Counted from the first letter of the stretch, positions 1 through 7,530 are shown. The stretch is 8,237 nt of DNA from Amoeboradix gromovi X-113 (GCA_018985225.1 JADGIF010000454.1:1-8237), one strand, 5' to 3'. A program made the numbers and translations. Notes: generated from the letters alone by a model not told the origin.

Positions 1-1
1 A

Positions 2-2623
2 CCAATATTAAAGGAGCGAGAGGTCTCAATGGACACCTTGAGCAATGACTTTTATAAGGAGATAGATCTGTACATGGGAAAAGATATAGAAAATGAAAGC
101 TTTCACTTCGAATCGAGGCACTCTAATGATTTTTGTGATTATCATAGAATTGCTATCTACCCACCGAGCGAGGAAGTACTATCAAAGGAACCTCCAAATT
201 TACCCACTTCAGTGTCTGCATTTGATCAAAAATCAATAAGGTCTTATTTAGATTGGTTATTTCGTCTACTAAGGGAAGACGCAGTAGGGTTAATACGTGA
301 GGAAGTAAGCATTCTGGTTAGTGAAAAAACTGACAACAATGCAAAAAGAGTGCGCAATTATCTTAAGAGACAAACTTTAAATGTTACAGGATTCAGCGGC
401 TGTGGATTCGGTCAGAATGAAGCTGGCTTCAAAATGGAATTTGAAAGACCTAAAGATCTTGAAAATAAATTGAAAGGAATTGAGAAAGCAAGGCCTAAAG
501 TGACTAAGGATGTCGAGAAACAAAAAAGCGACATAACTAAAAAATACTACAAAGATAACAAGAAGTTTTTTCAAAGAGATAGTGTTGTAGCGATTATGAA
601 GGGCAAATTATTAATTAGGCTTGGGGTTGTAGTAGATAGAAAACCGATTGATGATAGTGATGAACCACATCTGGTGGTTGCATTTCTCAATAACGAAGAG
701 TTTCTAGACACATTATATGATCTAAATGAACAAGCAACATACAGCGCGGTTCAGCTCTCTGTTTCTTTCTTCTCATTCGTCTTCGTGCTAGAAAAGCTCA
801 AGTCAATATCCAAAATCCCCTTTCAAGATGAGATATTAGGAATTTCAAAGAAAATAACTGCACCTGAATATCTTGATAGCTCATTCATACGAATGCTTAG
901 CCGTTTTATACAATCAAATCCATTGAGCGACACTCGGGACTTTTTTAATCTCAGTAATTCATTGATTTTGGACAACACTCAAAAGGAAGCAATTCACAAA
1001 GCATTTGAGAATAGAGTTTCTTTAATTCAAGGACCGCCAGGTACAGGAAAATCATATTGTGGTGCATTAATTTGTAAAATGATACACGATAATTCTTTTG
1101 AACGGATTCTTTGTATTTGTTACACAAATCATGCATTGGATCAGTTTTTAGAGGATTTGATAAAATTTGGCATGCCAAAATCCCAGCTTGTTAGAATTGG
1201 TGGTGGAAAAGTTAAAGATGCATTAAAACCGTTTCAATTATGGGAGCTTGCAAAATCGAATGGCATTTCATATCGCAGATATGCAAACAGTCTTAAAAGT
1301 AAAATTAAAAGAAAGGAAAAAGAGATATCTGATTTTGAGAATATCATATTAGCGGAAAAAGATCAGAGTACTTTATTAAAAATTAGAGACAAATTGGATG
1401 TTAGTGAAGCACGAAAAGTAGAAGATGCGTTTGTTTTGCCATCTAAGTATTTAAACGTAATTGGAAGCAAGGGAAAGCCTATAAAGGGAAATTACTTGTG
1501 GTCCAGATGGTTAAATAACAAGGATCCAGGAATTGTAGGGCTGTCAGATATTAATGATAATTATGGCTTTTGGGAATTGAGTGAGGAAAAACGATTAAAA
1601 CAAAAAGATGACTGGTTAAAATCTATTTTACGCGAGAATTCCTTACATCTATCTATTTTATTTAGCGAGCTAAAACGTTTAAAGGATCAATTAAGAGAAC
1701 TAAGTTTTGAAGATGAACTTAGAGTCTTACTATCTAAAAGAGTTGTTGGGTGTACGACTAGTGGTGCAGCTAAGTATGTACAGCATATAAATGCATATAA
1801 TGCCGGTGTAGTTGTAGTTGAGGAGGCGGGTGAAATTCTGGAGTCTCACATAATCACAAGCTTAACGGAACAAAGCAAACATCTTATAATGATAGGGGAT
1901 CATAAGCAGTTAAGACCAAAAGTGAATTCATACTTTTTGAGTGTTGAATGCAGTTCTACTTACCAATTGAACAAATCTATGTTTGAACGCCTAGCTACAA
2001 GTGGATTTCCTTGTGTAACATTGGGACTTCAGCATCGAATGAGACCAGAAATATCACAGTTTGCAAAACTGACTTATCCTGATTTACAAGATGCGGTTAG
2101 CACAAGTGAGAGACCAAATTTAATAGGATGTTGCGGAAATGTTATCTTTATCCATCATGAGAATCCGGAGAACTCTGAAAAATCAGCGGAAACCATGTCT
2201 AAAACAAATACACATGAAGTTGATATGATTTCTGGCATTGTGAAATATTTATTACAGCAAGGATACAAAGCTAATCAAATGGTTGTAATAACACCATATT
2301 TAGCCCAGTTACAACTGATAAATAAAACACTATCTCATATGGTCCAAGTTTATATGAATGAAATTGATCAGGCCGACTTGCTTCGATTTGGGGTTGATCC
2401 TAATCTATTAAGCAGTAGAAAACCAAAAGAAAACCTACTGAGAGTTGCTACCATTGATAACTACCAAGGAGAAGAGTCTGATATTGTAATCGCATCCTTG
2501 ACAAGAAGTAATCCTAGCGGGGATATTGGGTTTTGTAAACAACCTGAAAGGATTAATGTTCTAACAGATACACATTTGAAAAATCCAAGTCTTGGAAGGC
2601 CATTTTCGAAATTTTGGATTTGA
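2..2623 (+). CDS. N-terminal half of a ZNFX1-like (NFX1-type zinc finger-containing) protein: Upf1/ZNFX1-family SF1 RNA helicase; probably 5'-partial and ends in a frameshift
   Basis: Frame +2 is open from the window edge (PILKEREVS precedes the ATG at 29), so the true start may lie upstream. ZNFX1-family N-terminal signatures are present: RHSNDFCDYHRIAIYP and YLDWLFRLLRED. SF1 motifs occur in order: Q motif LDNTQKEAI, Walker A GPPGTGKS (1031-1054), Ia CYTNHALDQFLE, Walker B variant VVEEAGE (EEAGE 1820-1834; EEA is typical of ZNFX1/Aquarius-type helicases), III GDHKQLRP (1895-1918), SMFERL, IV QHRMRPEI, V ATIDNYQGEE (2447-2476), and a truncated VI ERINVL. The last ~19 residues (after 2563) are out-of-frame read-through. 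Confidence 0.9.
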   Translation, partial: PILKEREVSMDTLSNDFYKEIDLYMGKDIENESFHFESRHSNDFCDYHRIAIYPPSEEVLSKEPPNLPTSVSAFDQKSIRSYLDWLFRLLREDAVGLIREEVSILVSEKTDNNAKRVRNYLKRQTLNVTGFSGCGFGQNEAGFKMEFERPKDLENKLKGIEKARPKVTKDVEKQKSDITKKYYKDNKKFFQRDSVVAIMKGKLLIRLGVVVDRKPIDDSDEPHLVVAFLNNEEFLDTLYDLNEQATYSAVQLSVSFFSFVFVLEKLKSISKIPFQDEILGISKKITAPEYLDSSFIRMLSRFIQSNPLSDTRDFFNLSNSLILDNTQKEAIHKAFENRVSLIQGPPGTGKSYCGALICKMIHDNSFERILCICYTNHALDQFLEDLIKFGMPKSQLVRIGGGKVKDALKPFQLWELAKSNGISYRRYANSLKSKIKRKEKEISDFENIILAEKDQSTLLKIRDKLDVSEARKVEDAFVLPSKYLNVIGSKGKPIKGNYLWSRWLNNKDPGIVGLSDINDNYGFWELSEEKRLKQKDDWLKSILRENSLHLSILFSELKRLKDQLRELSFEDELRVLLSKRVVGCTTSGAAKYVQHINAYNAGVVVVEEAGEILESHIITSLTEQSKHLIMIGDHKQLRPKVNSYFLSVECSSTYQLNKSMFERLATSGFPCVTLGLQHRMRPEISQFAKLTYPDLQDAVSTSERPNLIGCCGNVIFIHHENPENSEKSAETMSKTNTHEVDMISGIVKYLLQQGYKANQMVVITPYLAQLQLINKTLSHMVQVYMNEIDQADLLRFGVDPNLLSSRKPKENLLRVATIDNYQGEESDIVIASLTRSNPSGDIGFCKQPERINVLTDTHLKNPSLGRPFSKFWI

Positions 2624-5600
2624 AGCAGTTGGTGTTTCCAGGATTTCCTATAAAATGCGATAAGCATAATATAGAGCAGTTGGTAGTCTGTCCAAGTGGA
2701 TTTGAAACACAAACTCCGGGTGGTGGTTGCAGCAGCCTTTGTAATTTTAAATTACGTTGTAATCATTTATGCAAATCCACATGCCATAATCCTATTCCTA
2801 ATGATCATTCAAATGTAAAATGTATAGAAATTCGAGAATATATTTGTGATAGGCTTCATTCAGTTCCGTTACCTTGTCATAATACTGAAGACCCAAACAC
2901 ACTCTGTCTTAAATGCAAACAGTTGGAGAGGGAACAAAAGCTTGTCCTAGAAAAACTTAAGCAGGATTATGAAAATGATCTTAAGGTAGAGAAGAAGAAA
3001 GAAGAAGTAGAAAAGCTAAAATTGGAGCTACAGATGCTAAACTCTAAGGAGCAATTAGATAGAAAATTGACTCAATTAGAAAGGCAAAAGGAAGATTTGA
3101 TTAAAAAGTCCAAAAGTAAGAAAAAAGGAAAAGACAAAATGGCTAATTCACCTCCATCAAAAAGGCCTACTACGAAACTCAGATCCGTTGAAACTGAAGT
3201 CAAGAGTAAAGGTGTTGATCCTTTTTTTAAGTTATCATTGGACGATATGCTTCTTGAGGTGGAAAAAAACCCTACGTCATTAGGGGAGTGCAATGTAGTC
3301 ATGATACAATCTATAGAACCAATCCCAACCCACTTGATGAAAGGGATTAATTTAAGTCAAGATTCGTGGATGGATGCACTCAAAATATTTTCTAAATTAG
3401 AAGAGACAGACGAAAACAAGAAACTCTTGTGTAAAATATGCACTGTACTTTTAGGAGCACAAGCAGAGAATTTAGATGCTATAAATGGACACGCAGTATT
3501 GCTTTGTTTCTTGAAATGTATGGCTGAATCGGACCCTAAACAAAGTATTGGACATGGTTTATTATATTTGCTCTGTAGCAAATCTCTAAAACTACCAATT
3601 AAATGGAAGCACGTAATACAAGAGAAAATCGAGAATCACTTGATATCTTTTAGCAAGTCTGATGAGCCAGAAGCCCTTGATAAGGTAATATTCGCAAAAT
3701 GGGAAATGGAGAAGGAAATTAAGGGTGTCTATAATGAAGGCATGGATAATTTGTTTGAGTTGAGTGGCCTGGGTTCCATAAAAGAACAGTTTTTCCACAT
3801 TTATCAACTTTTTACGAGTTTCAAAGAACGTGGCATGGATATTCAGGGAAAGCGCTTAAATATATTATTAATGGGTAATCCTGGAACTGGAAAAACTACA
3901 GTTGCTAAATTTTACGCCCAGTTTCTTGCGGATTTGGGTATTTTGAGTGGAACAGCGTTTGTGGATATCACTGGTGCAAAGCTGGTTCAGAATGGGGTTA
4001 AAGAGTTGCAAAAGCACTTGGATAGCATTGAAGAACAAAATGGCGGAATGCTTTTTATTGATGAGGCATACCAACTAGATCCCTCAAAAGAATCAAATGG
4101 AAGACACTGTGTGGATTTGCTATTAACTGAAATCGAGAGTAAAACAGGTAGATTAGTAGTAGCGTTTGCAGGCTATGAAAAAAATATTCAAGAGTTAATG
4201 ACTTACAATGATGGCTTGCATAGCCGATTTCCCTATCAATTCGTTTTAGAAGATTACTCGGATGAGATGCTACATGATATCTTAATTTCTCTTATTCGGA
4301 AACTCAATTTCACTGTGGAAGACGGTTTTTATGGTATTCCTATCAAGGCATTTGTGAAAAGGATTGCTTCAATGCGCGGGAAAAAAGGGTTTGGAAATGC
4401 TCGTCAAGTGCAGAACAGCTTGGACAAAGTGATGGAGAGGCAAGCTATGAGATTGAAGGAGGAAAACAATGAGAACAAATTTGAGCTGTTGTTATCAGAT
4501 CTTCTCGGTCCAAATCCAATTGATGTCATCAAGTCTTGTAAACCATGGCTTGATCTAAAAAAAATGATTGGTTTATCCAAAGTTAAAGAATCAGTAGAAG
4601 CATTGTTAACGTTATCAAAAAGGAATTATGAGTTGGAAATTCAGTTAAAGCCTATCAATTACCCAATTTTGAATAAAATATTTATTGGAAATCCAGGTAC
4701 CGGGAAAACAACTGTCGCAAAACTATACGGGCATATTCTTAAAGAGTTGGGATTTCTGAGTGATGGTGAGGTCGTTATCAAGAATCCTAGTGATTTTGTT
4801 GGTTCAGTTCTAGGTGAGTCTGAAAAGAATACGCTTCAAATTTTGAAGTCTACTGTTGGCAAAGTTCTAATTATTGACGAAGCTTATGGCCTATACTCAA
4901 CCGCAAATATTTATGGCAAGGCAGTGATTGATACAATAGTTGCTGAAGTGCAGAACACACCTGGTGATGACAGGTGTGTACTTTTGTTGGGTTACAGTGA
5001 TAAAATGAGGGAGCTATTAGATAAAAGTAACGAAGGGTTGTCTCGTAGATTCGATGCAAATCAACCATTCGAGTTTACGGATTATTCAAAGGACGAGCTA
5101 ATGAAAATCTTTAATTTAAAAATGTCTCGTTTGGAACAAACCTGCTCGCAGGAGTCACTATTTGCCGCAATAGATGTGCTAGAGAGGGAGAAAATGAAGC
5201 AGAACTTTGGAAATGGAGGCTCAGTTGATAATATAATCAGAAATGCTATAAGCAGAATGAACGGAAGAAAAGGTAGCGAGTTGCTTCCAGAGGACTTTGA
5301 CCCCAACTACAATACTCCGCCGATAAATGTAGATGATTTGTTTGCAGATATGCTAGACTGCAGTGATTTGAAATCAAGAATGAAGGCTTGGCAGAATAAA
5401 TTAGAAAAAACTGGATTAATGGGAACAGATCCCGAACTGCCAATGTGCATTAAATTTTTAGGGCCCCCTGGGACTGGAAAAACTACATCGGCAAGAATTA
5501 TGGGGAAATACTATCGTTCTTTAGGGATTTTGGCTGATGATACTGTTGTGGAAGCTTCGGCTTCAGATCTAATCGGTCAATTTGTTGGTCAAACTTCTTT

Positions 5601-6780
5601 AAAAACAAAGGCAAAGTTCGAAGAGGCACTTGGAAAAGTGCTATTCATTGATGAGGCGTACAGGTTGTCCCCAGGTAATAATACTGGCGGGTATGCGAAA
5701 GAAGCACTAGATGAAATAGTAGACTTAATAACTAAGCCAAAATTCCACCGCAAGATTATTATAATTTTAGCAGGCTATGAGAGAGACATAAAGCATTTGA
5801 TGAATGCGAACCCTGGATTAGCTAGTCGATTCTCGGAATCTGTAAGCTTCCATAACTTCTCAAGTGCGCAGTGTTTGGATTTATTGTGCGGTTTGCTGGC
5901 TGCGAAAAATTTTAAATTGAGCAGAGACGAAGAATTGCTAACCTTGTTTGACAAACTGATATCAAAGCCAAATTGGGGTAACGGTAGGGATATAGGCGCT
6001 ATCAAGGAACAGCTAATTAGTGAGGGCCTTAAACTAATTACCGCAGAATCAATAAATTCAAATAGCACATTTACGTTGCCATTGGACCTTGTAAGGAGAT
6101 GTTTAACTGAGCTCATTGAACTTAGGGAAACTTCATCAGCGGTAGACGAGAAGCCTGTCCTGCCAATGGAAAATTTATCGTTACAGCTACGCGAAGCACA
6201 AGACACACACCCCAAAGTGAAAGTTGACCATTCTAATAAAGCCATTGATCCACATGAAGTACTTGATAATGAAACAAAAGACCAAAGAGATGCAGGTGTT
6301 ACTGATGCAGTTTGGCAACAGTTGCAATTAGACATTAATGAACGTGAAAAGGAGGATAAATACTGCGAAAAACTGATTAACCAAGCAAATGAGGAAAAGA
6401 ATCGGCTTCAAAAAACAAAGGAAGAGCTAGAAAGATTGAAATTGTTGATCCTAGAGCAATCAATACTGATTGAAGATAACAAAGAGAGTGACGAGGACGA
6501 AAAGAGACGTAAAAGACAGAAAATTGAAGAGCAAAGGCAACTGCAAGAGCAAGAAAGATTAATGAAATTACTAGTAGATGAAAATGAAAGGAGGGAACAG
6601 GCTGCTGCTTTGAAAGCTAGGCGAGCTGAAGAAAGACGAGAAATAGAGGTTCGAGCTCAAGAAAAGATCCGGGAATTAGGTGTTTGCCCTGCTAATTTCG
6701 TATGGATTAAACAGAGTGGTGGATATAGATGTGCCGGTGGTAGTCATTTCATTCACAATGCACAGCTTGGCGTTCAATAA
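2557..6780 (+). CDS. C-terminal half of the same gene: end of helicase, NF-X1-type zinc fingers, coiled coil, three tandem CbbX/SpoVK-type AAA+ ATPase domains, C-terminal Cys/His motif
   Basis: Frame +1 is open from 2557 (after TAA 2554-2556). It reads NRYTFEKSKSWKAIFEILDLKQLVFPGFPIKCDKH, the typical post-motif-VI helicase tail, so the TTG 'start' at 2614 is not a real start. There are three Walker A/B pairs: GNPGTGKT 3874-3897 with FIDEAY 4054-4071; GNPGTGKT 4687-4710 with IIDEAY 4870-4887; GPPGTGKT 5461-5484 with FIDEAY 5644-5661. Each is followed by CbbX-type (A/L)GY, GLxxRF and (F/W)GN motifs. The frame ends with TAA at 6778-6780. Confidence 0.92.
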   Translation, partial: CSNRYTFEKSKSWKAIFEILDLKQLVFPGFPIKCDKHNIEQLVVCPSGFETQTPGGGCSSLCNFKLRCNHLCKSTCHNPIPNDHSNVKCIEIREYICDRLHSVPLPCHNTEDPNTLCLKCKQLEREQKLVLEKLKQDYENDLKVEKKKEEVEKLKLELQMLNSKEQLDRKLTQLERQKEDLIKKSKSKKKGKDKMANSPPSKRPTTKLRSVETEVKSKGVDPFFKLSLDDMLLEVEKNPTSLGECNVVMIQSIEPIPTHLMKGINLSQDSWMDALKIFSKLEETDENKKLLCKICTVLLGAQAENLDAINGHAVLLCFLKCMAESDPKQSIGHGLLYLLCSKSLKLPIKWKHVIQEKIENHLISFSKSDEPEALDKVIFAKWEMEKEIKGVYNEGMDNLFELSGLGSIKEQFFHIYQLFTSFKERGMDIQGKRLNILLMGNPGTGKTTVAKFYAQFLADLGILSGTAFVDITGAKLVQNGVKELQKHLDSIEEQNGGMLFIDEAYQLDPSKESNGRHCVDLLLTEIESKTGRLVVAFAGYEKNIQELMTYNDGLHSRFPYQFVLEDYSDEMLHDILISLIRKLNFTVEDGFYGIPIKAFVKRIASMRGKKGFGNARQVQNSLDKVMERQAMRLKEENNENKFELLLSDLLGPNPIDVIKSCKPWLDLKKMIGLSKVKESVEALLTLSKRNYELEIQLKPINYPILNKIFIGNPGTGKTTVAKLYGHILKELGFLSDGEVVIKNPSDFVGSVLGESEKNTLQILKSTVGKVLIIDEAYGLYSTANIYGKAVIDTIVAEVQNTPGDDRCVLLLGYSDKMRELLDKSNEGLSRRFDANQPFEFTDYSKDELMKIFNLKMSRLEQTCSQESLFAAIDVLEREKMKQNFGNGGSVDNIIRNAISRMNGRKGSELLPEDFDPNYNTPPINVDDLFADMLDCSDLKSRMKAWQNKLEKTGLMGTDPELPMCIKFLGPPGTGKTTSARIMGKYYRSLGILADDTVVEASASDLIGQFVGQTSLKTKAKFEEALGKVLFIDEAYRLSPGNNTGGYAKEALDEIVDLITKPKFHRKIIIILAGYERDIKHLMNANPGLASRFSESVSFHNFSSAQCLDLLCGLLAAKNFKLSRDEELLTLFDKLISKPNWGNGRDIGAIKEQLISEGLKLITAESINSNSTFTLPLDLVRRCLTELIELRETSSAVDEKPVLPMENLSLQLREAQDTHPKVKVDHSNKAIDPHEVLDNETKDQRDAGVTDAVWQQLQLDINEREKEDKYCEKLINQANEEKNRLQKTKEELERLKLLILEQSILIEDNKESDEDEKRRKRQKIEEQRQLQEQERLMKLLVDENERREQAAALKARRAEERREIEVRAQEKIRELGVCPANFVWIKQSGGYRCAGGSHFIHNAQLGVQ
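2656..2916 (+). other. NF-X1-type Cys/His-rich zinc-finger region
   Basis: CDKH...GGCSSLCNFKLRCNHLCKSTCH...DHSNVKC...CDRLH...LPCH...CLKC. The L-x-C-x-H-x-C-xxx-CH pattern is the NF-X1-type repeat that follows the helicase in ZNFX1-family proteins. Confidence 0.8.
3730..6130 (+). repeat. Three tandem protein-level repeats of a CbbX-like AAA+ module (~3730-4500, ~4540-5310, ~5330-6130)
   Basis: Walker A motifs are spaced 813 and 774 nt apart, with the same motif order in each unit. Similarity is clear at the protein level but not as a near-identical DNA repeat, indicating an old triplication. Boundaries are approximate. Confidence 0.85.
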
Positions 6781-6796
6781 AACTTGATAAATTAAA
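6776..6796 (+). terminator. Putative polyadenylation signals: AATAAA overlapping the stop codon (6776-6781) and ATTAAA (6791-6796)
   Basis: The sequence caaTAAaacttgataaattaaa lies at the gene end, at the start of a 142-nt AT-rich intergenic spacer. The AT-rich context makes chance matches likely. Confidence 0.35.
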
Positions 6797-6922
6797 TAAT
6801 TAAATATTTCAAAGTCGCAAAAAGTTGTGGTAGATGTTCAGCTTTTTTAAATACCATAGTAGAATTGTTAGATAACTATTTTTATTAATTTTTGATGGAC
6901 GTTACAATTCTAAAACCTTAAA

Positions 6923-7530
6923 ATGCTTCCCTATTTCCTTCTTTATTTTGCTCTAACAATCGAAGAGTCATTCCCAGAGATAAAAGGAGAATGGTGTATT
7001 ACAACTAACAAAGGATAATTTTGATATATTGGCCGAATTCAAATCACCTGTTATAGTGAAATTTTATACGCAGTGGTGTCGCTCTTGTAAAAAGCACAAA
7101 AGTGCATATGAATCTGCTGCTAAACTTCTATGGAAGAATGCTAACTTGCCATTATTTCAAGCTGATTGTGGTGAACTAAGTGATATCTGTGAAAAGGTTA
7201 GTCAATGAAATGCCATCTTTCAAAGTATATCATAACGGCGCTCTTAAATCAGAATACAAAGGATCGAGAAGAACTGAGGACATTGTAGATTTTATTGCAC
7301 GACATAAAATCCCATCAATTCAATCCATCGGGCCGTCAACACCCGAAACCAGGTATTATTTCACCTTGGCTACAAACTATAACAAATTGCTAGAAAAAAC
7401 AGAATATAAGCCGTTGCTGAAATATTTAAAAGGTATAGAAGTAGTATTTTTAACAGTAACTGAAGAAAAAGAATTTGTAGAAAACATTTCATTTGAATTT
7501 CGATTGTTGGCAAAGCAGTTCTATTACTAT
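6923..7530 (+). pseudogene. Protein disulfide isomerase/thioredoxin-domain family gene, frameshifted and 3'-truncated (pseudogene or sequence errors)
   Basis: Frame +2 from ATG 6923 gives a signal-peptide-like MLPYFLLYFALTIEESFPEIK (stop at 7016-7018). Frame +3 (6984-7208, missed by the ORF track) gives ENGVLQLTKDNFDILAEFKSPVIVKFYTQWCRSCKKHKSAYESAAKLL...FQADCGELSDICEK, with WCRSC at 7074-7088. Frame +1 continues VNEMPSFKVYHNGALKSEYKGSRRTEDIVDFIARHKIPSI, containing the cis-Pro loop and the Y-x-G-x-R motif of PDI a-domains. A b-domain-like stretch follows (LLKYLKGIEVVFLTV...FRLLAKQF). Confidence 0.85.

Noticed and set aside
11-31. AAGGAG upstream of ATG 29 as a Shine-Dalgarno site, implying a bacterial two-gene operon with overlapping ORFs
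   Set aside because: The spacing is long (12 nt), the frame is open upstream to the window edge, the genes are eukaryotic in type, and the ORF overlap is explained by a frameshift within one gene.
2530-2567. Intron ending at CTAACAG (2561-2567) that would repair the frame
   Set aside because: Of the nearby GT donors checked, only 2530 (GTTTTG, poor consensus) restores the frame. It would delete the conserved FCKQPERINVL and still leave motif VI absent.
2528-2615. Programmed -1 ribosomal frameshift joining the two ORFs (GGGTTTT 2528-2534, AAATTTT 2609-2615)
   Set aside because: Both heptamers are in the wrong codon phase for X XXY YYZ slippage, and the first is followed by stops in the -1 frame. 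Frameshifting would not restore the missing SRAR motif.
5775-6335. 186-aa minus-strand ORF and the other short minus-strand ORFs
   Set aside because: They are antisense shadows of the long + strand gene, with Ser/Leu/Phe-rich composition and no recognisable motifs.
7353-7393. Possible 41-nt intron (CAG|GTATTA...TGCTAG) in the PDI gene
   Set aside because: It looks intron-like and the a-b linker is long, but splicing it gives an immediate stop unless another frameshift is assumed. The unspliced frame is open, so it is unsupported without cDNA.
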